DNA from: Candidatus Acidiferrum sp.
GTDB taxonomy: Bacteria > Acidobacteriota > Terriglobia > Acidiferrales > UBA7541
Assembly: GCA_036270765.1 (NCBI GenBank)
Contig: DATBBY010000089.1
Coordinates: 217 to 64,216 of the forward strand
Reading direction: 5' to 3'
DNA length: 64,000 nucleotides
Shown: positions 1-10,519 of the stretch, one piece after another
Layout of the letters: every line of letters begins with the position of its first letter
Numbering within the stretch: the stretch's first letter is position 1
The notes under the pieces: model-generated
Database searches by the model: none
What the model saw: only the letters and a program-made list of their open reading frames with translations
What the model was told of the DNA's origin: nothing
Translations under genes and position numbers: made by a program

Positions 1-4
1 CAGC

Positions 5-54
5 AAAAAAAACGAGAGCAGAAGGATTCTGTAAGAGCCCCCGTGCCCTCGTTT
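5..54 (-). terminator. Rho-independent terminator of the 710-aa gene
   Basis: Minus strand reads AAACGAGGGCA...TGCTCTCGTTT followed by a T run, about 40 bp after the stop at 96. Confidence 0.65.
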
Positions 55-95
55 ACTGCAACTTAAATGTCCGAGACGTCCGCGCAGTCCAGAGG

Positions 96-2228
96 TTAGT
101 TAGCGCAGGCCGCTGGACTTGAGGCGCAGGCGCTAGCCTGATCCAGAAGTGCCTGACTCGAACTGATGAGTTGTTTGGCTTGCTGTTCGTTGATGGCGAG
201 GCCGCTAAACTGCGCTTGTTCCAGCAAGCTTTTGATCTGTGCGGCGAGAGGATCGCGCTGTGCAGTCCAGGATGCGATGCGATTTTCGAGGTTGGTATAA
301 ATTGTGTCACCTTGGGAAGTGCTCTCGATGGCGTAAGTGGAGACAGTCAGAGTGCTTTGCGCGAGAGAACCGAAAGGCGCGTTTATTTGTTTGTAGATCT
401 GGCCCAGCTCGAGCAGGGTGTGCGAATGAGCGTGCAGAGTGCCGGAGAGCGTGTTCGGATCGAGCATTTCGAGGATGACCCGGCCATCATGCTGGTAGTC
501 ATCGTTTAGGCCCACAAGATACATGATCGTCGGGCGAACGTCAGTGTGGTCGGTGAAGAAGTCAGTCGGCTGCGTCACTCCGATAGGCCGGACGCCAGGC
601 CCAACCATGCCAATGAAGGTACGAGCGATCTCCGGCTGAATGTCACCGTGATTCCAGGCGAACCCCGGGCCAATAACGGGTGTAGTTAATTTGGTGGTTT
701 CAAAAAAAAAGTTCGGATCACCGAAAAAGGTAAAGGTTGGGTCGCGATTGGGATCAGACGCGGAACTCATATGCAGAAGCTTCTGGCCTACTTTGTCGAC
801 AATCGCCCCTTGTAAATTTGCGCCGAGACCGGTGCCCAGTATGTTTTCAGCCAAGCCCGTTTCCGGATTGACAGGATTGAGGACGGACAAGGCTCGTTCA
901 AGGGTACGGACGGATGGCGAGCTCGGATCCGGATTGCCTTGTACATAAGTGGTGGCGGCATCGTCGGAGTGGTAGCTGAACACCGTGGGGGATGCGACAT
1001 GGGCGATCAAGTCGTAGTCAATTTCACCTACGCCGCCTGGGTAAGTGCACGGAATGTCCGGGGAGACCACGCCATTCACGATTTTTGCGCCGTCGCAATT
1101 TGCGGGGCTGGGAGCGGCACCAGCGAAATGGTCGCCTTCATCAGGCGTGAAGATGAACAGAGTGTTGCTTTGGTCGATACCGGCAGCCTTGAGGTTAGCA
1201 AAAAAGGTTCCGAAGGCCGCGTTATAGTCGCTAAGTTGCTTCACGTACGGAGCTTCCCCGGGTCCAAAAGTGGACTCCGCGCTGAGGGCCGCCCCTTCCT
1301 GATTGTCGTGAGCATCCGCGATGTACGCGAATACTACCGGAATGCCTTTCTTCAGCATGGTTTCAACGACCGCTAGCGTCTGAGCGGGTTGCGGGTCGAA
1401 GTTAAGCTGACTGAATCCCGTGATGGCCTTTCCGTTGTAGTCCGTGAGACCTCCAAGGACGGGGATCATGTACTTCAGACCAAAAAGGGCTTGGTAGCCC
1501 GTGTATCCACCCGGTTCGCTAGGGAGCAAATCCGCTACGGCATTGTTTTGCGGCGTGCAGAGAGGGCTACCGAGAGCGCAGTGGATGGCTGCGCCGATGA
1601 AATCGTTGGTCTGGTTGGAGGTGGTTTCCGCGGCTTGCGGGGAAGTAGCACCGAAAACCTTCTTTACATCGAAAGGTGCGCGTTCCAGGACGATGTTGGC
1701 TGTGGAAAAGGCGCCGACGTCGCAACCCGCGCGCGTGAAAGGCACCCAGGGAGCCGGGACGTTCTGGCCCGAAGGCGTAGTCAACGCAAAGGAGTTATCC
1801 GCGGTCGCCGGAGTGATATCGGACACCAGGTCAGTCCAGTAGAAGAAGGCTGAAGGAAACGCAGCGGCGCCGCTAGGTGTGTAATCGCCGAAGCTATTGG
1901 CGATGAAGATTCCCTGATTGTCGGAATAAAGGCCGGTTTGCGTGGTGAGAATGTCGTTGGCGGTATGAGAGATAAGAACGGCATGATCTCCTGTGTCTAG
2001 CGTGCCGTTTTTCGCAATAAAGTTAAGAAGGTTAGGCATTTGTTCAAGATCGGAGGGAACGTTGGGGTTGTCACGGGTGAAATGGACGTTATCGAATTCT
2101 ACATAGACGACGTGCTTGATTTTTCCTGACGGGGAGTTGAGCTGACACTGCGCATGTACCGATGACGTGAGACCGAGAGCGAGCAGCCCCCAGCCGAGCA
2201 CACCACGAAAAGCCTTTATTGCGGGCAT
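96..2228 (-). CDS. Secreted alkaline-phosphatase-superfamily (phosphoesterase-like) protein
   Basis: 710-aa ORF with signal peptide (AxA), GGAGG RBS, and metal-binding-like motifs YVEFDNVH, TPDEGDHF and NHG. Confidence 0.6.
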   Translation of the reverse strand: MPAIKAFRGVLGWGLLALGLTSSVHAQCQLNSPSGKIKHVVYVEFDNVHFTRDNPNVPSDLEQMPNLLNFIAKNGTLDTGDHAVLISHTANDILTTQTGLYSDNQGIFIANSFGDYTPSGAAAFPSAFFYWTDLVSDITPATADNSFALTTPSGQNVPAPWVPFTRAGCDVGAFSTANIVLERAPFDVKKVFGATSPQAAETTSNQTNDFIGAAIHCALGSPLCTPQNNAVADLLPSEPGGYTGYQALFGLKYMIPVLGGLTDYNGKAITGFSQLNFDPQPAQTLAVVETMLKKGIPVVFAYIADAHDNQEGAALSAESTFGPGEAPYVKQLSDYNAAFGTFFANLKAAGIDQSNTLFIFTPDEGDHFAGAAPSPANCDGAKIVNGVVSPDIPCTYPGGVGEIDYDLIAHVASPTVFSYHSDDAATTYVQGNPDPSSPSVRTLERALSVLNPVNPETGLAENILGTGLGANLQGAIVDKVGQKLLHMSSASDPNRDPTFTFFGDPNFFFETTKLTTPVIGPGFAWNHGDIQPEIARTFIGMVGPGVRPIGVTQPTDFFTDHTDVRPTIMYLVGLNDDYQHDGRVILEMLDPNTLSGTLHAHSHTLLELGQIYKQINAPFGSLAQSTLTVSTYAIESTSQGDTIYTNLENRIASWTAQRDPLAAQIKSLLEQAQFSGLAINEQQAKQLISSSQALLDQASACASSPAACAN

Positions 2229-2550
2229 TCTTATTCCTCCAGGGTGGATCGTTTGAACAAGTCCAATGACATACGCGGATTTTGTGACTCTTCGGAGAAC
2301 GGGCGGTTAAAGTTCGTCGCGTAAGGGACGTACTAGCTGTGGGTAGAATTTTGAGTTTCTGTTCCTGCTGGATTACGGCGTCCGCAGCTACAGCCCTATA
2401 AATTGAACATTACCCCTAATCCATGATGGTTCGCGAGAGGGGCTTACTGCATCATCCAGGCGTTCAAGGCGAGCCAATGAGGGGCGTTTGTTTTCCCCTG
2501 GAGCTTGAAATTACCTGCCGGTAGTGCGGCTGCAAGGATGCGATATTTTT

Positions 2551-3468
2551 ATGCCGGCCATCGTCAAGCCTGTGTCCATCAGTTGGACTGCAGTGTTCAA
2601 GCGCACCTGGAAAGAAGCCGACGAAGATGACGTGTTCGGGCGCTCCGCTCAGCTTGCGTATTATTTCTTTCTAGCTTTGTTTCCCCTTTTGATTTGTGTC
2701 ATTGCGGTATTGGGAGTCCTCGCCGGCAAAGGCGCGCATGTTCAAGAGGCGGTGCTGGACTTTTTAGCCAGCGTTGTACCCGGTTCGGCTTCCACATTAA
2801 TACAGAAGACTCTCACGGAAGTTGACCAAGCGCATGCCATTTCAAAATTGTCGATCGGGCTGGTTTTTTCGCTATGGTCTGCTTCCGCGGGAATGTCCGC
2901 GATCATGGATACGTTGAATGCGGAATATGAAGTTCATGAGGGCCGCTCTTTTCTTAAGCGGAACGCGGTTGCTCTTGGACTCACGCTGGCAGTCGCGGTT
3001 CTATTGATCGGAGCAGTAGCCGTCGTTCTGGCAGGTGGACCTACGGCCGAGGTGTTTTCTGGCGGGATAGTGAAGATCGTTATTAACGTTGTGCAGTGGC
3101 CGGTCGCAATTGCTCTGGTGTTACTTGGTTTTGCCTTGGTGTATTTCTTTGCGCCGGACGTGAAGGAGCAGAAGTGGCACTGGATAACGCCGGGAGCCAT
3201 CGCCGGGGTGGCGTTGTGGTTGGCCGCGTCGTTTGCTTTGAAAGCGTATCTACACTTTTTTGACAGGTACAGCGCCACCTACGGATCACTTGGCGCGGTC
3301 ATTATTCTGTTGCTGTGGTTTTATGTGTCGGGAGCTTCCCTATTGTTCGGCGCGGAAATCAACTCGGTAATTGAGGACGCGGCGGCAGCGGCGGGTGAGC
3401 CAGACGCAAAGGCAAAAGGTGAAAAAGCTCCAGACGTTCCGGACAAGCAGACTAAAGCGGAGGATTAG
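2551..3468 (+). CDS. YihY/virulence factor BrkB family membrane protein
   Basis: AQLAYYFFLALFP and YGSLGAVIILLLWFY...GAEIN motifs; multi-pass membrane protein; ATG 2551 preferred. Confidence 0.9.
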   Translation: MPAIVKPVSISWTAVFKRTWKEADEDDVFGRSAQLAYYFFLALFPLLICVIAVLGVLAGKGAHVQEAVLDFLASVVPGSASTLIQKTLTEVDQAHAISKLSIGLVFSLWSASAGMSAIMDTLNAEYEVHEGRSFLKRNAVALGLTLAVAVLLIGAVAVVLAGGPTAEVFSGGIVKIVINVVQWPVAIALVLLGFALVYFFAPDVKEQKWHWITPGAIAGVALWLAASFALKAYLHFFDRYSATYGSLGAVIILLLWFYVSGASLLFGAEINSVIEDAAAAAGEPDAKAKGEKAPDVPDKQTKAED

Positions 3469-3505
3469 GCGAGCCGAGCCTCAGCCTAGCGAGACAGGAT
3501 TGGCA

Positions 3506-3760
3506 TCAGCGCTTGGCGGTTGAAAGGACGGGCGAAGTTTCCTTGGGGTCGGCTTCCACGGTCACTTCCACTTGGGCGCCGGGCTTTAACTTAACTGCCT
3601 TGCCCTTATCATCTTCCAGGGCATTCTCGATACGAATTTCGCGATATAGATGATCGGCGCCTTCGATGGCGATTTCGGCCATTTCGGTCTCATGCGGGAC
3701 GCGCGGCTCGATGATTTTTTGGACAACACCAGGTTTGGTGGTTTTCGGTTTCTTGCTCAT
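3506..3760 (-). CDS. Small hypothetical protein (84 aa)
   Basis: ATG with GAGG upstream; globular beta-rich sequence (ADHLYREIRIEN...LKPGAQVEVTVEAD). Confidence 0.7.
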   Translation of the reverse strand: MSKKPKTTKPGVVQKIIEPRVPHETEMAEIAIEGADHLYREIRIENALEDDKGKAVKLKPGAQVEVTVEADPKETSPVLSTAKR

Positions 3761-3881
3761 TTTGCCTCGGGCTGTTCTGAACAGTCCGATATGTTAGCAC
3801 GCCGTTTTTGTGGCGCAAATGAGCATTTGCGCACCGGAGCAATAGCCCCATTTGCACAGTTTCGTCCACGATTCGTCACGT

Positions 3882-4472
3882 TTAAGGACGCAACAGTTTT
3901 TGATGGGAGCGCTTGCTCATCCAGTCCTGGTAGAGCTGAACGTTGAGGGGAGTATTTTTGCCTCGCAGTTGTTTCAGAAAGGCATGGCGCGCTTTGGCTT
4001 CCGTAGCTGAAGGTTTTGCGCCTGCCTCAGACTTGCGACTTACAAGTTCAATCCCCACGTCGGGAGCTTGCACACGCGCGAGGTCACCGAGAAAATCGCC
4101 AAACGCCACAGCCGCAGAAATTGTGAATGGCGATTTAAAATCCTTGCGAGCCGCTGCAATGCGTTCCTTCAGACCGGCCAACGCGGCTGCGACCCGCTCG
4201 GGCGTGTAGTGCGGCAACTTCGATCCTGAAACGGATTGCCCAGCAGGCGTGGTGAACCATTCGCGGGCGCCTTCGGCGGCTTTTACGTAGCCTTGCATTT
4301 CCATAATGGTGATTACTTTGGCTGCATCGGTTCCGGGGATGCTGAGCGTTTCGGACAGGTCGCGGGTCGTCCAGGTCAGCAGGCCTCGCGTGTCTTTGAG
4401 AAAACTCATCACCGCCCCGGCCGGAACTGACGGCATGAGCTCACGCGGTGTTTTCGACTTGCTGGTAGCCAT
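3882..4472 (-). CDS. Hypothetical protein: winged-HTH-like N-terminus plus degenerate nucleotidyltransferase-like C-terminus
   Basis: wHTH-like DLSETLSI...MEMQGYV segment; AVAFGDFL...PDVGIEL resembles the hG[S]x9-13DxD NTase motif. Confidence 0.55.
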   Translation of the reverse strand: MATSKSKTPRELMPSVPAGAVMSFLKDTRGLLTWTTRDLSETLSIPGTDAAKVITIMEMQGYVKAAEGAREWFTTPAGQSVSGSKLPHYTPERVAAALAGLKERIAAARKDFKSPFTISAAVAFGDFLGDLARVQAPDVGIELVSRKSEAGAKPSATEAKARHAFLKQLRGKNTPLNVQLYQDWMSKRSHQKLLRP

Positions 4473-4522
4473 ATTTTGCGAAATGCTTTTGTAAAACCTA
4501 GTAACTAAAGTTTCGTAAGTCT

Positions 4523-5152
4523 TTAGTGAAAATTAAAAAGGTTACGCACGACAAACCACAAATTTGCCGGTCGTTCCGCCAAGCGCCGCATAAACCAGGT
4601 GCCTTTACCGCTGATCGGCAAGATCGCATGCGCGTATACCGCCAAAAATCCCGGCGCCGGGCCATTCGCAAACACCAGCCGCGAATAAATCGCACCGATA
4701 ACAAATATCAAAACAAAAGTGGCAATGATTTCACTCAGCAGGTTTGGCAAAAAGCTGCGGATCGCCGGAGAGGTGCAAAAGCACCCAAGTTTAGCGGAAG
4801 AATCCGGTGTCTCACGCCAGTGCGGAAGATATTGTAGCCAGACGAGCACAGCTCCGGCGATTCCCCCGAGCAATTGCACCACAAAAAAAGGCAGCAACTT
4901 GCTGTAGATTCCGGTGCGCACCGCGAGGCCTATCGTGACCGCGGGATTCAAGTTTGCCTCGCCTCCGCAAGCGAGTGCGACGAATACTCCGGCCATTACC
5001 GCAAACGCCCAACCCGCAGTAATGACTATCCAACCGCTACCCTCCGCTTTGGAACGCTTGAGAAGCACCGCGGCAACCACGCCATCGCCCAGCAAAATCA
5101 TAATCAGCGTACCCAGAAATTCGCCTAGCAGTGGCGAGAGCATGGTCATCAA
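4523..5152 (-). pseudogene. glpF: Degraded glycerol uptake facilitator (MIP/aquaglyceroporin)
   Basis: GEFLGT and first NPA (NLNPAVT) present; second NPA loop and adjacent helix missing (GPAPGF joined to AHAILPISGKG); scrambled C-terminus; directly downstream of glpK. Confidence 0.8.
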
Positions 5153-5173
5153 GTCTCCTTGTGCGTTTTAAAT

Positions 5174-6676
5174 CTACGAATCGGCCCAATCCAATGAGCG
5201 AACCACGGCTTTTTTCCATTGCATGTAAAGCTGTTCGCGATTTGCTTCGTCGAGTCTCGGTTTCCACGTGCGCGCCACGGCCCAGTTGGCGCGTAGTTCC
5301 TCAAGCCCGGAGAAAAACTTAACGGCTAAACCAGCGGCGTAAGCGGCGCCCAACGCAGTCGTCTCTTGAATCACCGGACGCAAAACGTCGCGGCGCAAAA
5401 TATCGGCTTGGAATTGCATCAACAATTCATCTACGACCATGCCGCCATCCACCCGCAGATTTGCCAGTGAAATCCCGGCATCCCTTTCCATCGCTTCCAC
5501 CACTTCGCGCGTTTGATAAGCGGTGGCTTCCAGTACGGCGCGCGCGAGGTGCCCTTTGTTCGCGTAGCGCGTTAGACCGGCGATGACACCCCGCGCATTC
5601 TCTTTCCAGTGGGGCGCATACAATCCCGAAAAAGCGGGCACAAAGTAAACGCCGCCATTATCAGTCACGGTGCGCGCCAGTGTTTCCACGTCCTCGCTAC
5701 GCTGGATTAAGCCGAGATTGTCGCGCAGCCATTGCACCAGGGCGCCCGCAATGGCCACGCTGCCTTCCAACGCGTAATGGGCGGGCTGCCTGCCAAATTT
5801 ATAGGCTACCGTGGTGAGCAAGCCGCATTTGCTGGGCACCATGCGTTCGCCAGTGTTCATTAGAAGAAAACAGCCGGTGCCGTAGGTATTTTTTGCTTCG
5901 CCTGGCTGGAAACACGCTTGACCGACCAGCGCCGCTTGCTGATCGCCAAGAATGCCCGCTATCGGCACGCCTTTGATTTCGCTGATCGCGGCCTCGCCGT
6001 AGATTTCGCTGCTGGAACAAACTCGTGGGAGCATGGCGCGAGGAATATCGAACGCAGTAAGCAGCGCGGGCTCCCAATCCAGTGATTGCAGATTAAAAAG
6101 TTGCGTGCGACTAGCATTGGTTACATCGGTGACGTGCACCCCGCCTGCCGGGCCGCCGGTAAGGTTCCAGACCAAAAATGTGTCTATGTTGCCGAAGAGC
6201 AAGTCGCCGGCAGCGGCTTTTTCGCGGGCGCCCGGCACATTTGCCAGCAGCCACCTGAGTTTCAACGCGCTGAAGTAGGTGCTTAGCGGCAAGCCCGTCT
6301 GGGCGCGAAAACGATCCTGCCCACCGTACGCGGCGAATCGCACTACGTCTTCGGACACCCGGGTGTCCTGCCAGACGATCGCGTTGGCGATGGGCTCGGC
6401 GGCTTTGGGGCCCCAAACCACCGCCGTCTCGCGCTGATTGGTTATGCCGATGGCCGCCAAGTCGGCGGGCTGCAGGCCGCGCTGTGCCAGTCCTTCCGCG
6501 ATGACTTCGCGCGTGCGTCGCAGAATCTCCAGGGCATCGTGCTCCACCCAGCCGGGCCGCGGGAAAATCTGTTCGTGTTCTGCCTGTGCAAGCGCGACCA
6601 CGCGGGCGCTTTTGTCGAACACCATGAAGCGTGTGCTGCTGGTGCCCTGATCAATCGCGCCAATGTAGCTTTTCAA
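5174..6676 (-). CDS. glpK: Glycerol kinase
   Basis: [33 protein letters not shown] and YFVPAFSGL motifs; TTG start at 6676 with GGGAG RBS. Confidence 0.97.
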   Translation of the reverse strand: MKSYIGAIDQGTSSTRFMVFDKSARVVALAQAEHEQIFPRPGWVEHDALEILRRTREVIAEGLAQRGLQPADLAAIGITNQRETAVVWGPKAAEPIANAIVWQDTRVSEDVVRFAAYGGQDRFRAQTGLPLSTYFSALKLRWLLANVPGAREKAAAGDLLFGNIDTFLVWNLTGGPAGGVHVTDVTNASRTQLFNLQSLDWEPALLTAFDIPRAMLPRVCSSSEIYGEAAISEIKGVPIAGILGDQQAALVGQACFQPGEAKNTYGTGCFLLMNTGERMVPSKCGLLTTVAYKFGRQPAHYALEGSVAIAGALVQWLRDNLGLIQRSEDVETLARTVTDNGGVYFVPAFSGLYAPHWKENARGVIAGLTRYANKGHLARAVLEATAYQTREVVEAMERDAGISLANLRVDGGMVVDELLMQFQADILRRDVLRPVIQETTALGAAYAAGLAVKFFSGLEELRANWAVARTWKPRLDEANREQLYMQWKKAVVRSLDWADS

Positions 6677-6877
6677 GAGAACGGCTCCCAGGCAGGCTGT
6701 GTGGCGGGGGCATTTCAGCACACTTCCCGGTAGATGCCAACTTTAAGGTCGTGATGCTACAGGTGTTTGCGCCACCAAATCTGGACATTCTATTGACCCT
6801 TACATGACGCAGCGCGAATAAGCCAATTTGCGTACTTTGTGCATCTAATGCGATAGACGGAAGAAAAGAGTGAGGAA

Positions 6878-7795
6878 ATGAAGACGATGAGTAAGCAGGG
6901 AAGTATCGTTTTGCTGGCGGCCGCACTAGCGGTTGCTAGCTTCGCGGCTACGGCTGTTCGGGCTGCCGAACCGGTAACCACCACGGTGACCGCAGTAGGC
7001 AAGAAAAACGCGCAACCGCCGCCAATTAAAAAAGACGACGTCGAGCTTTACCAAGGCAAGGAACGCTTGCAAGTCGCAGACTGGCGCAAGGGAGAAACGC
7101 TTTTTCTCGCCGTGCTGATCGATGATTCGCTAGACCAGAGTATCGCCTCGCAATGGAGGGACCTCCGAGCATTCATGATGGCTCAGCCGCCGACCACTTA
7201 TATCGGCGTGTTTTACGGGCGCAACGGTGCGGCCATCGTGGGTCAGGATTTCACCAAGGACCACGCACTCGCAGCGAAAGCCTTGCGGATTCCTTATGGT
7301 GGATTTGGCGCGTTTTCCAGTCCATATCTGGAACTGCAGGACTTGATTAAACGGCTGCCGGGAGAAGGTGAACGGCGCTCTATTCTGTTGATTTCCTCGG
7401 GCATCGATTACTTCCGCGGAAATTTCGGTCCGATTAGTCCGGATGTGGATCCGACCATCGAACACGCCCAGAAAGCCAATATTAATATTTGGACGGTATA
7501 TGCTCCGGATGCGGGACACGCTGGACGTGGATTTTTTCGCCGGAACAACGCGCAATCGGAATTGAGCGAGATTTCAGATGAGACCGGCGCGGAATCCTAC
7601 TTCCTGGGCTTCGGGCCTCCGGTCAACCTGAAACCCTATTTCGATGAGATTTCCACCCATCTCAACAACCAATATCTGCTTACTTTTGAAGGCAGCGGCG
7701 GGAAGCGTGGACGATTCGAGCGCATTCGCGTGACCAGCGAAGTTCCGAAAGTGGAGTTTATGACTCCGTCCGGAGTCTTTCTGCCGAAGGAATAA
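6878..7795 (+). CDS. Secreted VWFA-related (acidobacterial VWA domain) protein
   Basis: Signal peptide; LAVLIDDS MIDAS-like motif; ILLISSG; LSEISDETGAES. Confidence 0.7.
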   Translation: MKTMSKQGSIVLLAAALAVASFAATAVRAAEPVTTTVTAVGKKNAQPPPIKKDDVELYQGKERLQVADWRKGETLFLAVLIDDSLDQSIASQWRDLRAFMMAQPPTTYIGVFYGRNGAAIVGQDFTKDHALAAKALRIPYGGFGAFSSPYLELQDLIKRLPGEGERRSILLISSGIDYFRGNFGPISPDVDPTIEHAQKANINIWTVYAPDAGHAGRGFFRRNNAQSELSEISDETGAESYFLGFGPPVNLKPYFDEISTHLNNQYLLTFEGSGGKRGRFERIRVTSEVPKVEFMTPSGVFLPKE

Positions 7796-7813
7796 TGCGG
7801 TAATTCACGTACG

Positions 7814-7846
7814 AAAAAGGCGCGAGTTTTTGCTCGCGCCTTTTTT
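7814..7846. terminator. Bidirectional Rho-independent terminator
   Basis: AAAAAGGCGCGAG-TTTTTG-CTCGCGCCTTTTTT between convergent genes. Confidence 0.9.
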
Positions 7847-7891
7847 AAATCACTCGCATTCCACCCAGACGCTTTCGGAGCGGCCGGGAGC

Positions 7892-8983
7892 TTAGTCGTC
7901 AGCACCGGAGAGCGCGGCCGCGCGCGTCGATTCTCGAATGACCAGCTCAGGGTTTGTTCTGTGCCGGGCAATGCTTACTTCGCGTTTCTCCAGATTGGCG
8001 TTAACGCCTTCCATAATCACGTTCACCGCCATGCCGCCCATCGCTTCCAGCGGCTGGCGCACGGTGGTCAAGGGCGGAGCGGCGAGCAACGACAACGGCA
8101 CATCATCGAAGCCGATCACCGAACATTGTTCCGGAACTTTCAGACCAGTCTTGGTTAATGCGCGAATAGCGCCGAGTGCGGTGAGATCGTCGAATGCCAA
8201 CAAAGCCGTGAAGCGTTTTTTTCTCTGCAACAGTTCGTCGGTGAAACGTTGACCGTTTTCGAATCCTGAATTGGGGTCAAAAGAATCCGGGAGTTGCACC
8301 ACCAGCGCGTGGTCGATCTCCAAACCCACACCTTGCGCAAATTTTTGAATGCCTCGCCAGCGCGGGGCACTATCTACCAGCATCTTTGGCCCGCGAATAA
8401 ACGCGATCTTACGGTGGCCAAGCTGATAGAGATGTTCGAGAGCCAGGCGCCCGCCCGCTTCGTTATCCACAATGATGGAACTGACCGTGTCACCCGGCAA
8501 TTCGCAACCGATGGTGGCCGCGGGAATATTCCGTTTGCCGATGTCCGCGAGCAAATGAATATCCACGAAAAGCCAATTGGCGACCACGATCAGCGCTTCG
8601 ATGTGACGATCGAGCAACATTTCTAGGTAACGCTCGAAGCGGTTTCGCTGATTGTGCGCGTCCGCAAAAATAGGAACATAAGAGCATTGATAGAGAGCGT
8701 TTTCGATGCCGCGCAGCACCGGCGTGCAAAACGGATCGGTGATATCGAAGATCATCACGCCTACGCTGTGGCTGCGCTTACTACGCAGGAATCGCGCCAT
8801 GGCGTTGGGGCGGTAGCCTAATTTTTTGGCAGTTTTCTCGATGCGTTTTTTCGTTGCCGGCGCGATGTAGCGAGCCAGGGGCGCATTATTCAACACGATC
8901 GAAACGGTGGCGGGCGAAAATCCGCTGGTTTCGGCTACATCGCGCATCGTCACGGTGGCGTCTTTACTGCCTTGCCGCTTCAC
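7892..8983 (-). CDS. LacI family transcriptional regulator
   Basis: TMRDVAETSGFSPATVS HTH, LGYRPNAMAR, SVIGFDD, PPLTTVRQP, LVIREST. Confidence 0.97.
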   Translation of the reverse strand: MKRQGSKDATVTMRDVAETSGFSPATVSIVLNNAPLARYIAPATKKRIEKTAKKLGYRPNAMARFLRSKRSHSVGVMIFDITDPFCTPVLRGIENALYQCSYVPIFADAHNQRNRFERYLEMLLDRHIEALIVVANWLFVDIHLLADIGKRNIPAATIGCELPGDTVSSIIVDNEAGGRLALEHLYQLGHRKIAFIRGPKMLVDSAPRWRGIQKFAQGVGLEIDHALVVQLPDSFDPNSGFENGQRFTDELLQRKKRFTALLAFDDLTALGAIRALTKTGLKVPEQCSVIGFDDVPLSLLAAPPLTTVRQPLEAMGGMAVNVIMEGVNANLEKREVSIARHRTNPELVIRESTRAAALSGADD

Positions 8984-9051
8984 TCGACCTCCGGGCCGTC
9001 AGAAAAATATTTCCTTGGCAAAACCATTCAAGTGTTTTCTCCACCCATTCG

Positions 9052-10413
9052 TTACTCGATCTGTTGTTCAGGCGCAGCATCAAATGACATTTCGTTGCGG
9101 AACCACGAAGTTTTCCAGGCTCCATAGGCAATTCCCAGCGCCAGCCAAATGGTTCCAAGAATCTTTGCCGGTGGGCTTAAATTCCACCAGATAAATCCGC
9201 AAATCAAAAAACCCAGCACAGGCACGAGCAAGTTCCCGACTTTCTTTTCCTCGGCGCGAACAAAATAGCGCATGAACGACGCCGCATTCACCCCCATGAA
9301 CGCGATGAACGCTCCGAAATTCAACAATTCCGCGCCGCGTTCGTAGGTAATTAGGAAGGCGCCCAGCAGCGCGAGCGCGCCAATCAAAATTACGTTGTTC
9401 TGCGGAATGCGCAGCCGGGCGCTGATCTTTCCGAAAAATCCTTTGGGCAGCGCGTCGTTACGCCCCATTCCATATAGCAAGCGGGCAGCTGCCAATTGCG
9501 ACCCGATGCCGGAGCCGATGTTGGCGATCAGAATCGTAAAATTGAGCAGCTGAAAAAGAAAAAATCCTCCTACTTGCTGAGCCACGATAGGGAACGCGGA
9601 TTCCACCTTGTCGTCGGGAAACGGCTTGGAACCCCACACCAGCTGTGCGGCGTAAACCTCCAGCGACGATAGTACGCCGGTGATCACGCAAACCAGAACA
9701 GTGGCCAGCAAAATATTGCGCCGCGGATTTTCCACCTCTTCCGAGAACGTGGAGATGGCGTCAAACCCGATGTAGGTCAGCACTGCGATGGAGGTGCCTT
9801 GAAAAACTCCCGAAAAGCTAAAAGTCGCGGGGTTATAGAAAGGCTGAGTAAAAAATCTCGCGCCATAGATATGCAAGCCCCATAAAAATCGAATAATAAA
9901 AACGAAAAACACAACTACCACTATGGACATGCCCGCAGCTAGAACGTCATTGATACGCGCTGAAGTTTTAACCCCCCGTAAATTCAGAACGGTAAAAAAT
10001 CCCGCATAAAAAATCGCCAGCACCCAATAGGGCATGCCAGGAAGAATATTTTGCGTCAATTTGCTGCAGATGATGGTGCAGATCAGCGGATTCAAAATGT
10101 AATCCATCACCATGGCCCAGCCGGTTAAGTAACCGAACCCGTGATGAATTTCCCGGCCCACGTAAGTGTACGCGGAGCCTGCGCTGGGATAAGCGCGCGC
10201 CATTTTTCCATAGCTGATGGCCGTAAATAACATGGCCACCATGGCGATGAAGATGGTGGTAACCACATGGCCGCCGGCTTTATTGCTGATCACTCCATAA
10301 ATTCCCATCGGAGCGATTGGCTGCACGATCACCATGCCGATGATCACCAGATTACAGAGGGTGAGGGCGCGCCGCAATCGCGGTGCGCCAGTGACGGCGG
10401 CTTCACTGCTCAA
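9052..10413 (-). CDS. APC family amino acid/polyamine permease
   Basis: PSAGSAYTY and GFDAISTFSEE motifs; ~12 TM; TTG at 10413 with GAGGAGG RBS. Confidence 0.93.
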   Translation of the reverse strand: MSSEAAVTGAPRLRRALTLCNLVIIGMVIVQPIAPMGIYGVISNKAGGHVVTTIFIAMVAMLFTAISYGKMARAYPSAGSAYTYVGREIHHGFGYLTGWAMVMDYILNPLICTIICSKLTQNILPGMPYWVLAIFYAGFFTVLNLRGVKTSARINDVLAAGMSIVVVVFFVFIIRFLWGLHIYGARFFTQPFYNPATFSFSGVFQGTSIAVLTYIGFDAISTFSEEVENPRRNILLATVLVCVITGVLSSLEVYAAQLVWGSKPFPDDKVESAFPIVAQQVGGFFLFQLLNFTILIANIGSGIGSQLAAARLLYGMGRNDALPKGFFGKISARLRIPQNNVILIGALALLGAFLITYERGAELLNFGAFIAFMGVNAASFMRYFVRAEEKKVGNLLVPVLGFLICGFIWWNLSPPAKILGTIWLALGIAYGAWKTSWFRNEMSFDAAPEQQIE

Positions 10414-10503
10414 AAAATTCCTCCTCGGCGCGGCGCGGAACGGCAATCGCTTTGGCGCATGATGCTCTTAACGGCGGTAGAAATGCTGTGGCTATTTGAC
10501 GCT

Positions 10504-10519
10504 ATTGAATCGTTTCAAT
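10504..10519. promoter_or_regulatory. Candidate LacI-family operator
   Basis: ATTGAATCGTTTCAAT, a near-perfect palindrome with central CG, upstream of the permease-lacI unit. Confidence 0.6.

Noticed and set aside
6841-6849. GCATCTAAT upstream of both the VWA gene and osmC (42273)
   Set aside because: No shared -35 element found; two 9-mers are insufficient.
8463-8471. Perfect DnaA box TTATCCACA
   Set aside because: Single copy inside the lacI coding sequence, with no cluster or AT-rich unwinding region.
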